A DNA stretch of 64,000 nucleotides from Octopus vulgaris (Eukaryota): assembly GCA_951406725.2 (NCBI GenBank), contig OX597821.1:75888001-75952000 (forward strand), written 5' to 3'. A program made the translations under genes and the position numbers. Below, in pieces: positions 62,805 to 64,000 of this stretch. Below the pieces are notes generated by a model, which worked only from the letters and a program-made list of their open reading frames with translations, was not told where the DNA came from and did no database searches. Positions within the stretch are counted from its first letter, which is position 1; every line of letters starts with the position of its first letter.

Positions 62805-63262
62805 AATCTAAAATACAATTAAAAATCACTTTACAAAGGTAAACTCTTATAACAATGATGGAAATGCTTCGCAATTATACTGAGATCTTGTTCTGCAAAT
62901 TTGTCAATTCCATTTTTCTGAAAAATACTCTCCCTACCACAGTGAAATATTAATATCATTTCTATATCTCATTTCCGTAAATTGCTTTCAAACTGTTTTA
63001 TTGCTGCGTTTGACAAATTTGAACATTGGGGCAAAGTTGCTTGCTTAATCAATTAATCGAACGTCAGGTTCAATATCACGTCTATTCGCCTATACTGTCG
63101 TTTTTCATGTGACAGTGTATTTCAATAAAGACGGCAGCAGTTACTCCTTTTTGTGTGCTGCCGTTATCAAGTTACCACGAGCAGATAATGGATAAACAAC
63201 CAGAAACACATTAACCGGAAATTGGGAATATTTTACATATTTACATTTCAATAAGCGACTTC

Positions 63263-63322
<60 letters not shown>

Positions 63323-63327
63323 TTATA

Positions 63328-63897
63328 CGAGGGTGTGTAAAAAAGTAATGCCATTTTGTTTAGGACAGGTATAATTACCAACACAGGAACATGTATCATA
63401 CATCAAAATGAAACTGGTCCTCTGTGGATCACATCCCTGCTTTTCAACATAGTCACCTTTTTATTCTCAATAGCAATGTTCCACCTTTGAATGAAAGCAT
63501 GTATCCTTGCCCCGTAACATTCTGTTGACTGTTCTTTGAGCCACTTCTTCACTACAGTTTTCACTTCCTCGCCACAGGAATAATGTTTGCCTTCCAAACC
63601 CTCTTTCATGGAGCCGAAGAGATGATAGTCTGAAGGAGCTAAATTATTCCAGTGACGAGCAAGTGAAAACTGTAGTGAAGAAGTGGCTCAAAGTACAGTC
63701 AACAGAATATTATGGAGCAGGGATACATGCTCTCATTCGAAGGTTGAACATTACTATTGAGAGAAACGGTGACTATGTTCAGTAGTAGGGATGTAATCCA
63801 TAGAGGACCAGCTTCATTTTGATGTATGATACATGTTCCTGTGTTGGTAATTATACCTGTCCTAAACAAAATGGCATTACTTTTTAACTCACCCTCG
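63328..63897. mobile_element. Mariner-derived palindromic MITE built from two 3' ends, with TA TSD
   Basis: CGAGGGTG..AAAAGTAATGCC TIR. Arms are ~255 bp. The left arm (-) encodes LAPSDYHLFGSMKEGL..VKKWLKEQ. The right arm (+) encodes VKKWLKVQ..NGDYVQ. Confidence 0.92.
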
Positions 63898-64000
63898 TAT
63901 ATGTATATATATATATATATATATTTACAATTGAGGAAAAAATCTTTATAAGAAATTATCAGTAGTTAGCGTGAAAAACCTCGTAAGAGAAAAAATCCGT

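Overview
AT-rich, repeat-saturated animal genomic DNA with no supportable host protein-coding exon. It is probably intronic or intergenic, and most likely from an octopus or other coleoid cephalopod (inferred from the SINE families and microsatellite load). Nearly all listed ORFs are translations of (TA)n, (CA)n, (TACA)n, (GATA)n and (TAA)n microsatellites. The real content is: degraded R4/Dong-type RLE LINEs embedded in (TAA)n tracts; CR1/L2- and Jockey-like RT fragments; many copies of two tRNA-headed SINE families plus CORE-type and RTE-derived SINEs; a non-autonomous Helitron; mariner, Tigger and hAT MITEs or remnants; and one strong CTCF-like motif. The main unexplained signal is RNA structure. 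Two ~325 bp direct repeats (14721-15045, 15904-16232) each encode, on the minus strand, a complete hammerhead ribozyme core whose three strands occur in a non-circularly permuted, pseudoknotted order. At least five further minimal Penelope-type hammerhead-like motifs and several fold-back palindromes are scattered through the window. All structures were paired by eye and none was computed.
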